A stretch of 64,000 nucleotides of DNA from Myxococcota bacterium. GTDB lineage: Bacteria > Myxococcota_A > UBA9160 > SZUA-336. The stretch lies in contig CBDFGR010000002.1 in the NCBI GenBank assembly GCA_965247115.1, positions 96,001-160,000 of the forward strand, in the 5' to 3' direction. The notes under the pieces were generated by a model. It was not told where the DNA came from and searched no databases. It worked only from the letters and a program-made list of their open reading frames with translations. Shown piece by piece: positions 37,973 through 46,734 of the stretch. Within the stretch, counting starts at the first letter, position 1. Each line of letters begins with the position of its first letter. The position numbers and the translations under genes were made by a program.

Positions 37973-38966
37973 GTGCTGGTCCGTGGCGACGCTCGAGCGA
38001 TTCCTCTGGCCGACCAGGTGGCCGACTGCGTCGTGACCAGCCCTCCGTACTGGGGCCTGCGGACCTACGAGCTCGACGGCCAGATCGGCCTCGAGGAGAC
38101 GCCCGCTGAGTACCTCGAGGAGCTCCTGGCCGTGTTCCGGGAGGTACACCGCGTCCTGAAGCCAGAGGGGACGCTCTGGCTCAACCTGGGCGACTGCTAC
38201 GTCTCTGCCCCGAGCAGCGGCCACGGCTGGGACAAGAGCACGCTGACGCTGCCGAAGAGCCGCGAGCGCAAGATCCAGCACGCGCAGAGGGCCTCGCGGC
38301 TCAAGGGCCGGAAGTTCGAGGGCCTCAAGCCAAAGGACATGGTCGGGATGCCCTGGACGGTCGCGCTCGCGCTGCGCAACGAGGGCTGGTATCTGCGGCG
38401 GGACATCATCTGGCACAAGCTATCGCCAATGCCCGAGGCAGTGAAAGATCGCCCAACGTCTGCGCACGAGTACCTGTTCCTGCTGGCCAAGTCTCGCCGC
38501 TACTACTACGACGCAGAGGCGATCAAAAGAGCCAACCGTCACCGCCAGCCGTGTGTCTCCCCGCCCGGTCAACCCAAAGGCCAAGGTTCCAGCTGGTTGG
38601 GACACGCGATCAGGTTCCCACCGTCACCTCACAGGGCGCTATCCGGGCCCAAAGCAGAACGCCGGAACTGCCGCGCGCATCGCCAACTCTGTCGAGACTC
38701 GAAGTGCGCGCACTGTCTGGAGCCTGGCCACAGAGCCCTACCACGGCGCGCACATGGCCGTCTTCCCCACCGAGCTCGCGAAGCGCTGCATCCTCGCGGG
38801 CTGTCCGGCCGGCGGGCTTGTGTTCGATCCATTCGTCGGATCGGGGACGACTGTGAAGGTCGCGATCGAGCTCGGCCGCCGAGGCCTCGGGATGGACCTC
38901 AAGCACGACTACCTGCACGACCAGGCGCGGGAGCGGATCAAGACAACGGTGGGGATGGGGTGGTGA
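37973..38966 (+). pseudogene. N4/N6 DNA methyltransferase with a +1 frameshift
   Basis: TSPPY before the shift and H.AVFP / DPFVGSGTT after it; removing one A from AAAA at 38525-38528 gives continuous IKEPTVTASRVSPR. Confidence 0.9.
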
Positions 38967-39000
38967 CGGTCATCCATCCCGGCGTTCCTGAGGAGGGAAA

Positions 39001-39324
39001 GTGAAGCGAACCTTGCTCGCCCTCGTGCTCGTCGCGTGCGGTCCGGATCTGCCAGAGCTTCCGGAGCCAGCACCCAAGAAGTTTGAGCTTACCAACGAGC
39101 GAAAGTGCGTCGCGATCCAGATGTGCGGGCGCCTCTGTGAGAAACGTAAGGGCATGGAGATGCTGGAGTTCCGTGGTGACATCGGCATCTCCTGGGCGTG
39201 TCACTGCAACGGCTACGGGCTGTTCCACTTCAAGGACCCCGAGCACATCATCTTTCCCGATGGCCTGACTGTCGCTGACTGTGCGCCGACGGGTGCCCAC
39301 AGCGTGGGTCAGGAGGAGAAGTGA
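39001..39324 (+). CDS. Hypothetical Cys-rich lipoprotein
   Basis: GGAGG RBS; lipobox LVAC; overlaps the next gene. Confidence 0.65.
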   Translation: MKRTLLALVLVACGPDLPELPEPAPKKFELTNERKCVAIQMCGRLCEKRKGMEMLEFRGDIGISWACHCNGYGLFHFKDPEHIIFPDGLTVADCAPTGAHSVGQEEK

Positions 39325-39668
39325 TGACAGATCAGGAGCCCACACCGGAAGAGGCGCAATTGCAGACGGGCAGCCAACCCGGGCAGTCAATCGGACATTC
39401 CATGACGACGAACGGCGACCCCAACGATCTACGCTACGAACGCGAGACACGGCTGCTCTCCCGAGAGGAACTGGCCGAGCGGGCTGGTGTCCACTGGTCC
39501 ACCGTCCGCGCCATCGAGCGCGGCTGGCATCGACCCCAGCTCCGCACCCGCCGATGGATCTTGGGGGCACTCGACATCCCTGTCGAAGAGCATCGGCGTG
39601 TCTGCGGACCTACGCGAAGCGATGGTCCAATGACGGGCATCCATCCCGCTTGTCGAGACAATGGCTGA
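39321..39668 (+). CDS. XRE/Cro-like HTH protein
   Basis: LSREELAERAGVHWSTVRAIERG. Confidence 0.8.
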   Translation: MMTDQEPTPEEAQLQTGSQPGQSIGHSMTTNGDPNDLRYERETRLLSREELAERAGVHWSTVRAIERGWHRPQLRTRRWILGALDIPVEEHRRVCGPTRSDGPMTGIHPACRDNG

Positions 39669-40053
39669 TCTCCGCGAGGTCATGCGGTGGATGGCGGGTA
39701 GGGATACGGGCATGTCGTCGATGGCGCTCGCTCGATACATGGCCGGGATTGATCCCGACCGTGAGGACCCCGACGCCTGCGCCTACCCTCTTGATCCCGA
39801 CGACTTGGGCCGGTGCCTGCGACTCCTCGAGAGGTTCCCAGAGTGGAAGGAACGGCTACCCGAGATGGAGGCGCTTGATCCAGTCTGGGGCGCCTTGGCG
39901 GAGCACTGGTACGAACTCGCTGCTCTCTACCACGAGGAGGCTCGATTCCGGATGGCTCCCAAGTGCTACAAGCGAATGAGGGAGCTGATCGATCCGCTCC
40001 GGTACGTTCGACCGACGTTCATCCATCCCGTCAGTCAAGAAGGCGAACGATGA
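39661..40053 (+). CDS. Conserved phage-type hypothetical protein
   Basis: DTGMSS...YP.DPDDLGRC.RLL..FPEW; coupled to genes on both sides. Confidence 0.7.
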   Translation: MADLREVMRWMAGRDTGMSSMALARYMAGIDPDREDPDACAYPLDPDDLGRCLRLLERFPEWKERLPEMEALDPVWGALAEHWYELAALYHEEARFRMAPKCYKRMRELIDPLRYVRPTFIHPVSQEGER

Positions 40054-41006
40054 ACGAGCCGCTCAATGTCTATGACCCGGTTCGGGAGAAATCTGGAAGC
40101 CTCGAAAGTCTGCTTGAGGCCAACCAGAGACATCGGGATAGCCAGTGGCCGGAGCCGTTCGATAAGACGACACACACGCTCCACCTGGGCGACGCGAGAA
40201 AGCTGGATCAGATAGAAGCGGGCTCCATACATCTGATTGTCACATCCCCGCCATACTGGACGTTGAAAAAGTATCCCGCTGCCAAAGACCAGCTTGGCGA
40301 TATAGAAGATTACGAGCAGTTTCTGGTGTCTCTAGATCGCGTATGGCGCGAGTGTGAGCGCGTGTTGGTGCCAGGTGGGAGGATCTGCTGCGTGGTCGGC
40401 GACGTGTGTATGTCGAGGAAAAAGAACGGGAAACACTACGTCGTGCCGTTACATGCGGATATTCAGGTCCGATCCCGCGCGCTGGGTCTGGACTGTCTTA
40501 CGCCGATCTTCTGGCACAAGATCTCTAACGGCCTCCAAGAGGCGAGCGGAAACGGGGCGCGCTACTACGGAAAGCCGTACCAGCCCGGCGGCGTGATTAA
40601 GAATGATGTGGAATACATTCTGTTCTTCAGGAAGGGAGCAGGTTACCGCTCGCCGTCCGCCGAGCAACAGGCACTCTCGATGCTGACCAAAGCGGAGGTT
40701 CGGAGCTGGTTCAAGTCGGCGTGGACGGACATTAAAGGGGCTTCGACGCGGAACGGACACCCGGCGCCCTATCCCACGGAAGTTGCTGAGCGCCTGATCC
40801 GCATGTTTTCGTTCGCTGGGGATACTGTACTAGACCCATTTGTCGGGACCTGTTCAACCCTGATCGCTGCGATGCACATGGGCCGGAATTCCATAGGAAT
40901 CGAGATTGAGCCAGCTTACCTTGAACTTGCCAAATACCGTCTTGAAGGTGAACTCGAAACACATCGCTTCAACGTAAACACCACAGCCTTGCTGATCGGA
41001 CCGTAG
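40050..41006 (+). CDS. N4/N6 DNA methyltransferase (intact, orphan)
   Basis: VTSPPYW, HPAPYP and VLDPFVGT motifs; ATGA overlap with the upstream gene; visibly lower GC than the backbone. Confidence 0.92.
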   Translation: MNEPLNVYDPVREKSGSLESLLEANQRHRDSQWPEPFDKTTHTLHLGDARKLDQIEAGSIHLIVTSPPYWTLKKYPAAKDQLGDIEDYEQFLVSLDRVWRECERVLVPGGRICCVVGDVCMSRKKNGKHYVVPLHADIQVRSRALGLDCLTPIFWHKISNGLQEASGNGARYYGKPYQPGGVIKNDVEYILFFRKGAGYRSPSAEQQALSMLTKAEVRSWFKSAWTDIKGASTRNGHPAPYPTEVAERLIRMFSFAGDTVLDPFVGTCSTLIAAMHMGRNSIGIEIEPAYLELAKYRLEGELETHRFNVNTTALLIGP

Positions 41007-41104
41007 TGACCTCGCAAACCGTCGGAGACGAAGCGCTGGCGGCTCGGGCGTGGAAAGTTTCAGGGATAATTCCCAAACAGAAGTAATGACGGGCAGCCAA
41101 TCCC

Positions 41105-41132
41105 TTGACATATACCGAAATAGATATATCAT
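41105..41132 (+). promoter_or_regulatory. Sigma70-type promoter of the TA operon
   Basis: TTGACA-N16-TATCAT, ending 9 bp before the ATG; AT-rich imperfect palindrome in the spacer. Confidence 0.7.
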
Positions 41133-41141
41133 TCTCGGCAT

Positions 41142-41498
41142 ATGGCAGAGGACAAGCCGATTGCTTGGCTCGCCGCAGAATGGCAGACACCGCCGATGAG
41201 TCAGGAAGCTCGCCTATGGGCAGGGTTCCTGCTCCGGCAACTGCAGCAAGGCGAGTCGCTCTCGATGCCCCACTCTCGGCCGATGCCCGCGATCGGGCGG
41301 AGGGTGCATGAGCTTCGAATCAAGGACGAAAAGGCGAAGGCGACATGGCGAATTCTCTACCGAATCGACGCCGACCGGATCGTGGTGATCCAGTGGTTCG
41401 ACAAGGATACGAAGCGGACCCCCAAGGGCGTCATCGAAACAACCAAACAGCGCCTCGCGCGCTATGACGAAGCAAAGAGGAGAGGCAGCACACGGTAG
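41142..41498 (+). CDS. Type II TA RelE/ParE (Gp49/HigB-like) toxin
   Basis: TPPMS..AR...SRPMP.IG..VHELRI...WRILYR...F.K.T.RTP. Confidence 0.88.
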   Translation: MAEDKPIAWLAAEWQTPPMSQEARLWAGFLLRQLQQGESLSMPHSRPMPAIGRRVHELRIKDEKAKATWRILYRIDADRIVVIQWFDKDTKRTPKGVIETTKQRLARYDEAKRRGSTR

Positions 41499-41582
41499 GT
41501 CGACTGAGACCCGCGATGGACTGAAGGTCCCCCCCAACGGATCCAGGTCCAGCCCCCCCCCAACTCAGGAAGAAGCCCACCC

Positions 41583-41891
41583 ATGAAGAAGAAGGAACTG
41601 GAGGCCCTTGAGGCCGACGGCTGGCAGATCGGGACGGTTCAGGAACTCCTGGATCTCTCGGACAGCGAGATGGCATTCATCGAGATGAAGGTCGCCCTCG
41701 CAAAGGCAGTGAAGGAGAAGAGAGCCAAAGGACGAGTGAGCCAGACGCAGCTTGCAGCTCGAATGGGATCGAGCCAGCCACGTGTAGCGAAACTGGAGAA
41801 GGGAGAAGCAACGATTGATCTGCTCGTGCGTGCGCTCCTTGCGATGGGAGCATCTCCGACGCAGATCGGTCGAAAAATCGGAGCAGGCTGA
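41583..41891 (+). CDS. HTH-XRE antitoxin (HigA-like)
   Basis: SQTQLAARMGSSQPRVAKLE; lies downstream of the toxin. Confidence 0.88.
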   Translation: MKKKELEALEADGWQIGTVQELLDLSDSEMAFIEMKVALAKAVKEKRAKGRVSQTQLAARMGSSQPRVAKLEKGEATIDLLVRALLAMGASPTQIGRKIGAG

Positions 41892-41982
41892 AGTCGAAGT
41901 GACCCCAGATCTTAGATGTCGGACCCAGACCGTAGGGTAAGCGGACGGACTTGACAGCGAATTCTTCGGAGAGGAGCGAAGA

Positions 41983-42234
41983 GTGGTGAGCGAAGAAGAC
42001 GACTTGCGAGCCGAGGTCGAACGGTTGCGAGCCAAGGTTGCGGAGATCGATAGGAAAAAGAAGGCTCGGATCCAACTGAAGGTCAGCCAGAAAGGGGCTC
42101 TGTCGCTCTACGGGCTCCGCCGATTCCCGGTCACACTCTACGCGGACGAGTGGGAGGAGGTTCTCGAAAGGAGCGATGAGATCCGCAGCTTCATCGCGGA
42201 GCATCCCGCCGAGCTCAAGCGGAAGGAAGAATGA
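41983..42234 (+). CDS. Conserved small hypothetical protein
   Basis: GAGGAG RBS; coiled coil followed by LKVSQKGALSLYGLRRFPVTLY. Confidence 0.75.
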   Translation: MVSEEDDLRAEVERLRAKVAEIDRKKKARIQLKVSQKGALSLYGLRRFPVTLYADEWEEVLERSDEIRSFIAEHPAELKRKEE

Positions 42235-42270
42235 GCCGCCCTCTCAGCCCGTGCCGCTCGCCGATCGCCT

Positions 42271-42398
42271 ATGACTCCTGGTGAGTTCATCGCCAAGTGG
42301 CGAGCGTCGGAGCTGAAGGAGCGCTCGGCCTCCCAGGAACACTTCATCGACCTATGCCGGCTCCTGGACGAGCCGACGCCGGTCGAGGCCGATCCGAC
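42271..42398 (+). pseudogene. N-terminal fragment of an MmeI-like (Type IIL) restriction-modification enzyme
   Basis: MTPGEFIAKWRASELKERSASQEHFIDLCRLL...ADP, then an abrupt loss of similarity. Confidence 0.75.
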
Positions 42399-42747
42399 AT
42401 CAGCAAGCTCAAGCAACACATCAAGGACGAGGAGCAGACGGCTCTCCTCAAAGCCCATGGCAAAATCGAGACGCGGAAGCGCTTCAAGCACTCTTCCGGG
42501 AACCAGTTGCTAGAGGGCCGGCCGTCGAATCGACTGTATTTCGACGAGTCCGGGAGTCCGAACGCATCCGATCATCCGAACGACCAGCCGTTCTTCGCGT
42601 TGGGTGCCATCGCGATCTCTGCCGAGGAGGAGCTCGCCTACAGGAAGCGCGCAGATGAGATCAAGATGGAGTTTCTTGGCAAGAGCTCCGTGACGTTCCA
42701 CGAGCCCAAGATGTCATTTCGTATATTCCAATTAGGAGGGCGGTTAA

Positions 42748-43239
42748 GTGAATATCCACGCTACGCTGTCATCACTTTTGCTCGCAATGCTCACCGTGCT
42801 CAACCCACATGCGGTGGCCGCCGCCTGCGTCGAAGACAGTGCCGAGGTGGTGGTTCGCGTCTATCGCTTCAGTGAAGGCCCGCCCGCGTACGCCTTCATG
42901 GTGATCAACAACGCGAGTGCTCCAATCCGTACCCTTAGCATTGGATGGGGCACGGAGCCGTCTCTGCCTATCAATGCGGAGAACATCCCGACGAGCGTGG
43001 GTTCTCCAACGGGCTGGGAGGGGAACTATTTCTTCTCGGACAATCACCCGAGTGAGTACATGCAATACCTCTGGGAAGCCAAAGATTCGGAGAGAAGAAT
43101 TTCGCCTGGGGCGTCTCTTTCCGGATTTTCGGTACAACTACCCTACCCAAAAGCACGGAACAGCGATGGCTCTTCGGCCCACGAGGGCGTCCAGTCATAC
43201 GGGCCGATCTGCGGGATGTTCCATTTGAAGTCCTCCTAA
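42748..43239 (+). CDS. Hypothetical secreted protein
   Basis: AGGAGG RBS; signal peptide ending AVA-A. Confidence 0.7.
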   Translation: MNIHATLSSLLLAMLTVLNPHAVAAACVEDSAEVVVRVYRFSEGPPAYAFMVINNASAPIRTLSIGWGTEPSLPINAENIPTSVGSPTGWEGNYFFSDNHPSEYMQYLWEAKDSERRISPGASLSGFSVQLPYPKARNSDGSSAHEGVQSYGPICGMFHLKSS

Positions 43240-43306
43240 CCGGCGGCATATGTTATGCCGGTTTCATGTCGGTGGACTAAAGCGCCCACACGGGCGAAGC
43301 ACCTGA

Positions 43307-43729
43307 TTGGCTCAAGCAATGCTCCCTGTTTGTTGGTGTGCGTACATGGTTGCGCTCGCGGCTGTGCTAGTCGTCGGGTTAGGAATCTGGACGCAGTTCC
43401 ACATATCGCTGAGGTCTTTGGGGCCTGACACGCTCGTTTTCTTGTCCTTGTTTGTGTTTCTCGGAATCCCGATATTCGGGGCAACGACCTGGTTATCGAG
43501 GCGCGTACTACTAGTTGCTAATCATTTCTCTTCGGTTGTACCCCTGTATGTTTTTATGGCCGGAATGTTGTTGATGATCGCGGCCCGTCCTCCGCAGGGT
43601 GTTGGCCTTGAAGGCGGTGACATCGCTGCCCGTGTGTCAGTATTTGTAGCGGTGGTCGGGATCATCGTTGACCTTGTGCTAGGGAAAACTCTCGCGAAGG
43701 GATCGGATACCCAGGACCCGTTGCGCTGA
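43307..43729 (+). CDS. Hypothetical membrane protein with about 4 TM segments; start uncertain
   Basis: Four hydrophobic stretches. Confidence 0.65.
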   Translation: MAQAMLPVCWCAYMVALAAVLVVGLGIWTQFHISLRSLGPDTLVFLSLFVFLGIPIFGATTWLSRRVLLVANHFSSVVPLYVFMAGMLLMIAARPPQGVGLEGGDIAARVSVFVAVVGIIVDLVLGKTLAKGSDTQDPLR

Positions 43730-44234
43730 GCCGCTACGCCAGGCTCAAGCCGAGATCAAGGTGGTGAAGCCGCATCGCTTACCCAAGATGAGGATACGCG
43801 ACGGGATCTTCTCCTTCGACGGTGATACAGCTAAGCAGGCGGCATTCGACCGCGAGGTCGACCGGCTTGTCGGCGGGACGAATTTCGTCGCGTTCGGTGC
43901 CGGCATCCGGAAGGACGCGTTTCAGGAAGACTTTGTCGCAACGAAGATCAATCCGTACCTACCGACTGATGTGTACGCTGTCGCGATCCAGATGGTGCTC
44001 GAGCGCTACGTCGACTACCTGGCTGTGGCCACCCGAGAAAAGCCGAGAGGCCGGCTGACGTTCGAAGCACAGGGTCCTCGAGAGGACGCTGAGCACCTCA
44101 TGCACTACGCGATGACGCTGCTCGGGGGTACACAGTGGGTCCCCGAATCGGCGTTTCAGGCGAAGCTGGAGACTCGGGTCGAGTTCGTGCCCAAGCATTG
44201 AGGCGCATCGAGACTCGGTGCCTGGAGACTAAAA

Positions 44235-44296
44235 GCGCCGGACCCCAAGGGAGTCCGGCGCCGATAGCGGGGGGGGGCGCTTCTTCTTTGTCCGCT
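44235..44296 (+). other. Tandem stem-loops (terminator or structured RNA) downstream of the DUF3800 gene
   Basis: GCGCCGGAC/GTCCGGCGC stem (44235-44261); AGCGG/CCGCT stem (44266-44296). Confidence 0.5.
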
Positions 44297-44466
44297 TCGC
44301 CATGCTTAGCGCCAAGGATAGAGAAATGCTCGCTCCCACCTTTGCTCTAGCGGCGCGAGATCGCCAAGAAGGGCGCGGCGGCTCGCTGGGGCAAGCGTAA
44401 GGAATAATCCGAGGAATATTCCTCTTGACTTTGGGTCGCTCTCTGGCGGAACGGTAGCGTCCTAAT

Positions 44467-44664
44467 TTGAGTGGCTACCTTTACGGATTCTGGAGCCACT
44501 TGGCATTCACGGAGACGCTCTCCACTTGCTCTACGGTCTCCGAGCAGAGGGTCTTGGACGCGATTCGACGGGCGCTGCGTGAGCAGGAAGAGCCGCAGTC
44601 GACCGAGGAACGGGCCAAGACACTGATCGAGAGAAGTGCCCAGAAGAAGCGAGCGGTGAGGTAG
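44467..44664 (+). CDS. Small ORF upstream of the integrase (function unknown)
   Basis: Ends 1 bp before the integrase ATG; basic helical C-terminus; weak start. Confidence 0.4.
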   Translation: MSGYLYGFWSHLAFTETLSTCSTVSEQRVLDAIRRALREQEEPQSTEERAKTLIERSAQKKRAVR

Positions 44665-44665
44665 G

Positions 44666-45961
44666 ATGCAGTCTGAGGAGTGGGGGGTGCCCAAGGCACG
44701 ACTCTGGACGGATGACCGGGGACGGCTGAACGTCGTCGGCCAAGGCGTCCTCATGCGGGCTGGAACACGGGTCAGACGCAAGCGCCGCATGATCGTCCCC
44801 AAGGGGGATCCCGAGCTCGGCGCCGAGATCGTCAGGCAGCTCAACGTCCAGTTCGCGATGGGCGACGCCTCCTGGCTGGAGGGCCAAACGGATCCGGAAC
44901 CCAAACCGGTTCGACCGAGCACGCTGTCGGAGTGGGCGCCGCTGTGGCTGCAATCGTGCGCGCCTCCCGTGATCGGGCAGCGCACCTGGTACAACTACAG
45001 TATCCACGTGCGCGACCTGGTCGAGCGCCTCGGACAGAGATCGCTCGGCTCGATCGACACGGCCGAGGTCCTGCACCTCCGGAGCGCGCTTGAGTCGTCG
45101 AGGGGCAAGCGCGGGGCGCCACTCTCGCGTACTACCGTCAAGGACCGTCTCGGTGTGCTGGCCATGATGCTGCGTGACGCGAGGATCGAGGGCCTGATCG
45201 CCACGAACCCTCTCGCGGATCCCCTACCCCGTCGACGAACGAAGCGGGGAACCGGAACGCAGCGGGTCCGGCGCGTGCAGTTCCTCCCGTTTGAGGCCAG
45301 CGAGCTCGCTGCGCTTCTTCGAGTACTCGGAGCACCCGCCGCGCCTGTCCAGAAGGTCTACTACCCCCCGACGGAGATGCTGCTCCTCACCGGACTCCGG
45401 TGGGGCGAGGTCGCCGGCGTTCTCTGGGATGACATCTCGTGGAAGGGCCGGCGCGTGAACATCCGACGCGCGGTCGTGCGCGGACAGGACGATCCGACCG
45501 AACCGACGAAAACCGGCGCGCAGTGGGAGATCGAACTTCGCGCTCCGCTCGAGCATCTGCTCCAAACGCAGCGAACGCGAAGCTATCTCGGCCGCGTCGA
45601 TGGTCGCGTGTTCCCGGGGCGTCGTGGCTCCGTGATGAGCTACCACGAATGGCGGAAGCGCGGGTGGATCCCAGCGCTCCGCGCAGCCAAGGTCTCCCCG
45701 CGTGAGGGCGACGCGCAGAAGGCGCTGCGCAAGTCATACGTCACAGCGGCCCTCATCTGCGGCGAGAACGCGAAGCGGATCTCAGAGACACTCGGCCACG
45801 CGAACCCGCGCATGATCCTCGAGAAGTACGACGCCTTCCTCGGCCCAGAGTCATGGCCTGAGGCCGACGAGGTTGCGATGCTGAGGCAGATCTACGGGTG
45901 GGGAAACGTCCGACCCGAGGGCTCCCATGTGGCACCCCGAGGATCCCATCGTCGGAGCTGA
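44666..45961 (+). CDS. Tyrosine recombinase / phage-type integrase
   Basis: TGLRWGE, PTKT, KALR, LGHA and KY catalytic pattern; ends 42 bp from the tRNA 3' end. Confidence 0.92.
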   Translation: MQSEEWGVPKARLWTDDRGRLNVVGQGVLMRAGTRVRRKRRMIVPKGDPELGAEIVRQLNVQFAMGDASWLEGQTDPEPKPVRPSTLSEWAPLWLQSCAPPVIGQRTWYNYSIHVRDLVERLGQRSLGSIDTAEVLHLRSALESSRGKRGAPLSRTTVKDRLGVLAMMLRDARIEGLIATNPLADPLPRRRTKRGTGTQRVRRVQFLPFEASELAALLRVLGAPAAPVQKVYYPPTEMLLLTGLRWGEVAGVLWDDISWKGRRVNIRRAVVRGQDDPTEPTKTGAQWEIELRAPLEHLLQTQRTRSYLGRVDGRVFPGRRGSVMSYHEWRKRGWIPALRAAKVSPREGDAQKALRKSYVTAALICGENAKRISETLGHANPRMILEKYDAFLGPESWPEADEVAMLRQIYGWGNVRPEGSHVAPRGSHRRS

Positions 45962-46003
45962 AACTCGCAACGAGCGCTAACTACGCGGATAACAATGGAA
46001 AAC

Positions 46004-46079
46004 TGGAGCACGAGACCGGACTCGAACCGGCGACAACCACGTTGGCAACGTGGAGCTCTACCAACTGAGCTACTCGTGC
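46004..46079 (-). tRNA. tRNA-Gly (GCC)
   Basis: 76-nt cloverleaf GCACGAGTAGCTCAGTTGGTAGAGC...TTGCCAA...GGTTCGAGTCC...GTGCTCCA. Confidence 0.97.
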
Positions 46080-46113
46080 GTGAGGAGTGTTATGCGGCGC
46101 GTCTGAGGCGGCG

Positions 46114-46734
46114 TCAAGGGGTCGCTGGGGGTGCTCCCCGGCGACTCAGGTACCCGACGAAATAGGCGTACCCCGACCAGAGCGTGAGGCCCGTCGCGAG
46201 CACCAGCAGGAGCACTCCGATCGCGTGGGTGGGCAGCCCGAGGACCGGGTAATGCAACAGCAGCACCGTCAGCGCGGCGATCTGGAAGCCCGTCTTCCAC
46301 TTCCCCAGCGGGGCCGCGGGCAACAGCACACCCTCAGCAGAGGCCATCGCTCGCAGCCCAGTGACGGCGATCTCCCGGCCCAGGATTACGACGGCCATGA
46401 TGACGCCCAACTCGTTCAGGCGTTCCGGCACCGCGACTAGAACGACCAGCGCGGTCATGACCAGGATCTTGTCTGCCAGCGGATCGAGCAGCTTGCCGAT
46501 CCTGGTCTCCGCGCCGCGACGCCGCGCGACGTAGCCATCGAGCAGGTCCGTCAGCGACACGCCGAGGAAGCCCAGGCCCACCAGCGCAGACCACCACGGC
46601 CCCTGCCACCACAGGTTCAGCAGCAGGAGCGGGGTCGCCGCAATCCTGGAGAGCGTGATCAGGTTGGGCGCGTTCCAGATCTTCTCGATGGGCACAGACC
46701 CACTCAGCCCCGTGGTTTCAGCGGAAGTCTGCAT
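46114..46734 (-). CDS. pgsA: CDP-diacylglycerol--glycerol-3-phosphate 3-phosphatidyltransferase
   Basis: PNLITLSRI, TDLLDGYVARR, GKLLDPLADK and GKWKT motifs; classic pgsA-tRNA-Gly synteny. Confidence 0.93.
   Translation of the reverse strand: MQTSAETTGLSGSVPIEKIWNAPNLITLSRIAATPLLLLNLWWQGPWWSALVGLGFLGVSLTDLLDGYVARRRGAETRIGKLLDPLADKILVMTALVVLVAVPERLNELGVIMAVVILGREIAVTGLRAMASAEGVLLPAAPLGKWKTGFQIAALTVLLLHYPVLGLPTHAIGVLLLVLATGLTLWSGYAYFVGYLSRRGAPPATP

Larger units (their letters stand above)
42714..43781. mobile_element. Transposase-free insertion flanked by the 9-bp direct repeat CCCAAGATG
   Basis: Repeat at 42705-42713 and 43782-43790; removal restores the host reading frame. Confidence 0.8.
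42396..44201 (+). pseudogene. DUF3800-like protein gene, 5'-truncated and split by an insertion
   Basis: LYFDESG...FALGAI...FHEPKM (to 42713) resumes as PKMRIRDGIF...LERY...FEAQGPRED (from 43782). Confidence 0.8.
37607..46048. mobile_element. Integrative element / prophage remnant (proximal island, about 8.4 kb) at tRNA-Gly
   Basis: 45-bp direct repeats at both ends; integrase adjacent to the tRNA; phage-like and defence cargo. Confidence 0.9.

Noticed and set aside
43233..43263. Possible integron attC between the two insert genes (CCTAAC…GTTATGC hairpin)
   Set aside because: Far shorter than known attC sites, no second site, and no IntI in the window; an IntegronFinder run would settle it.
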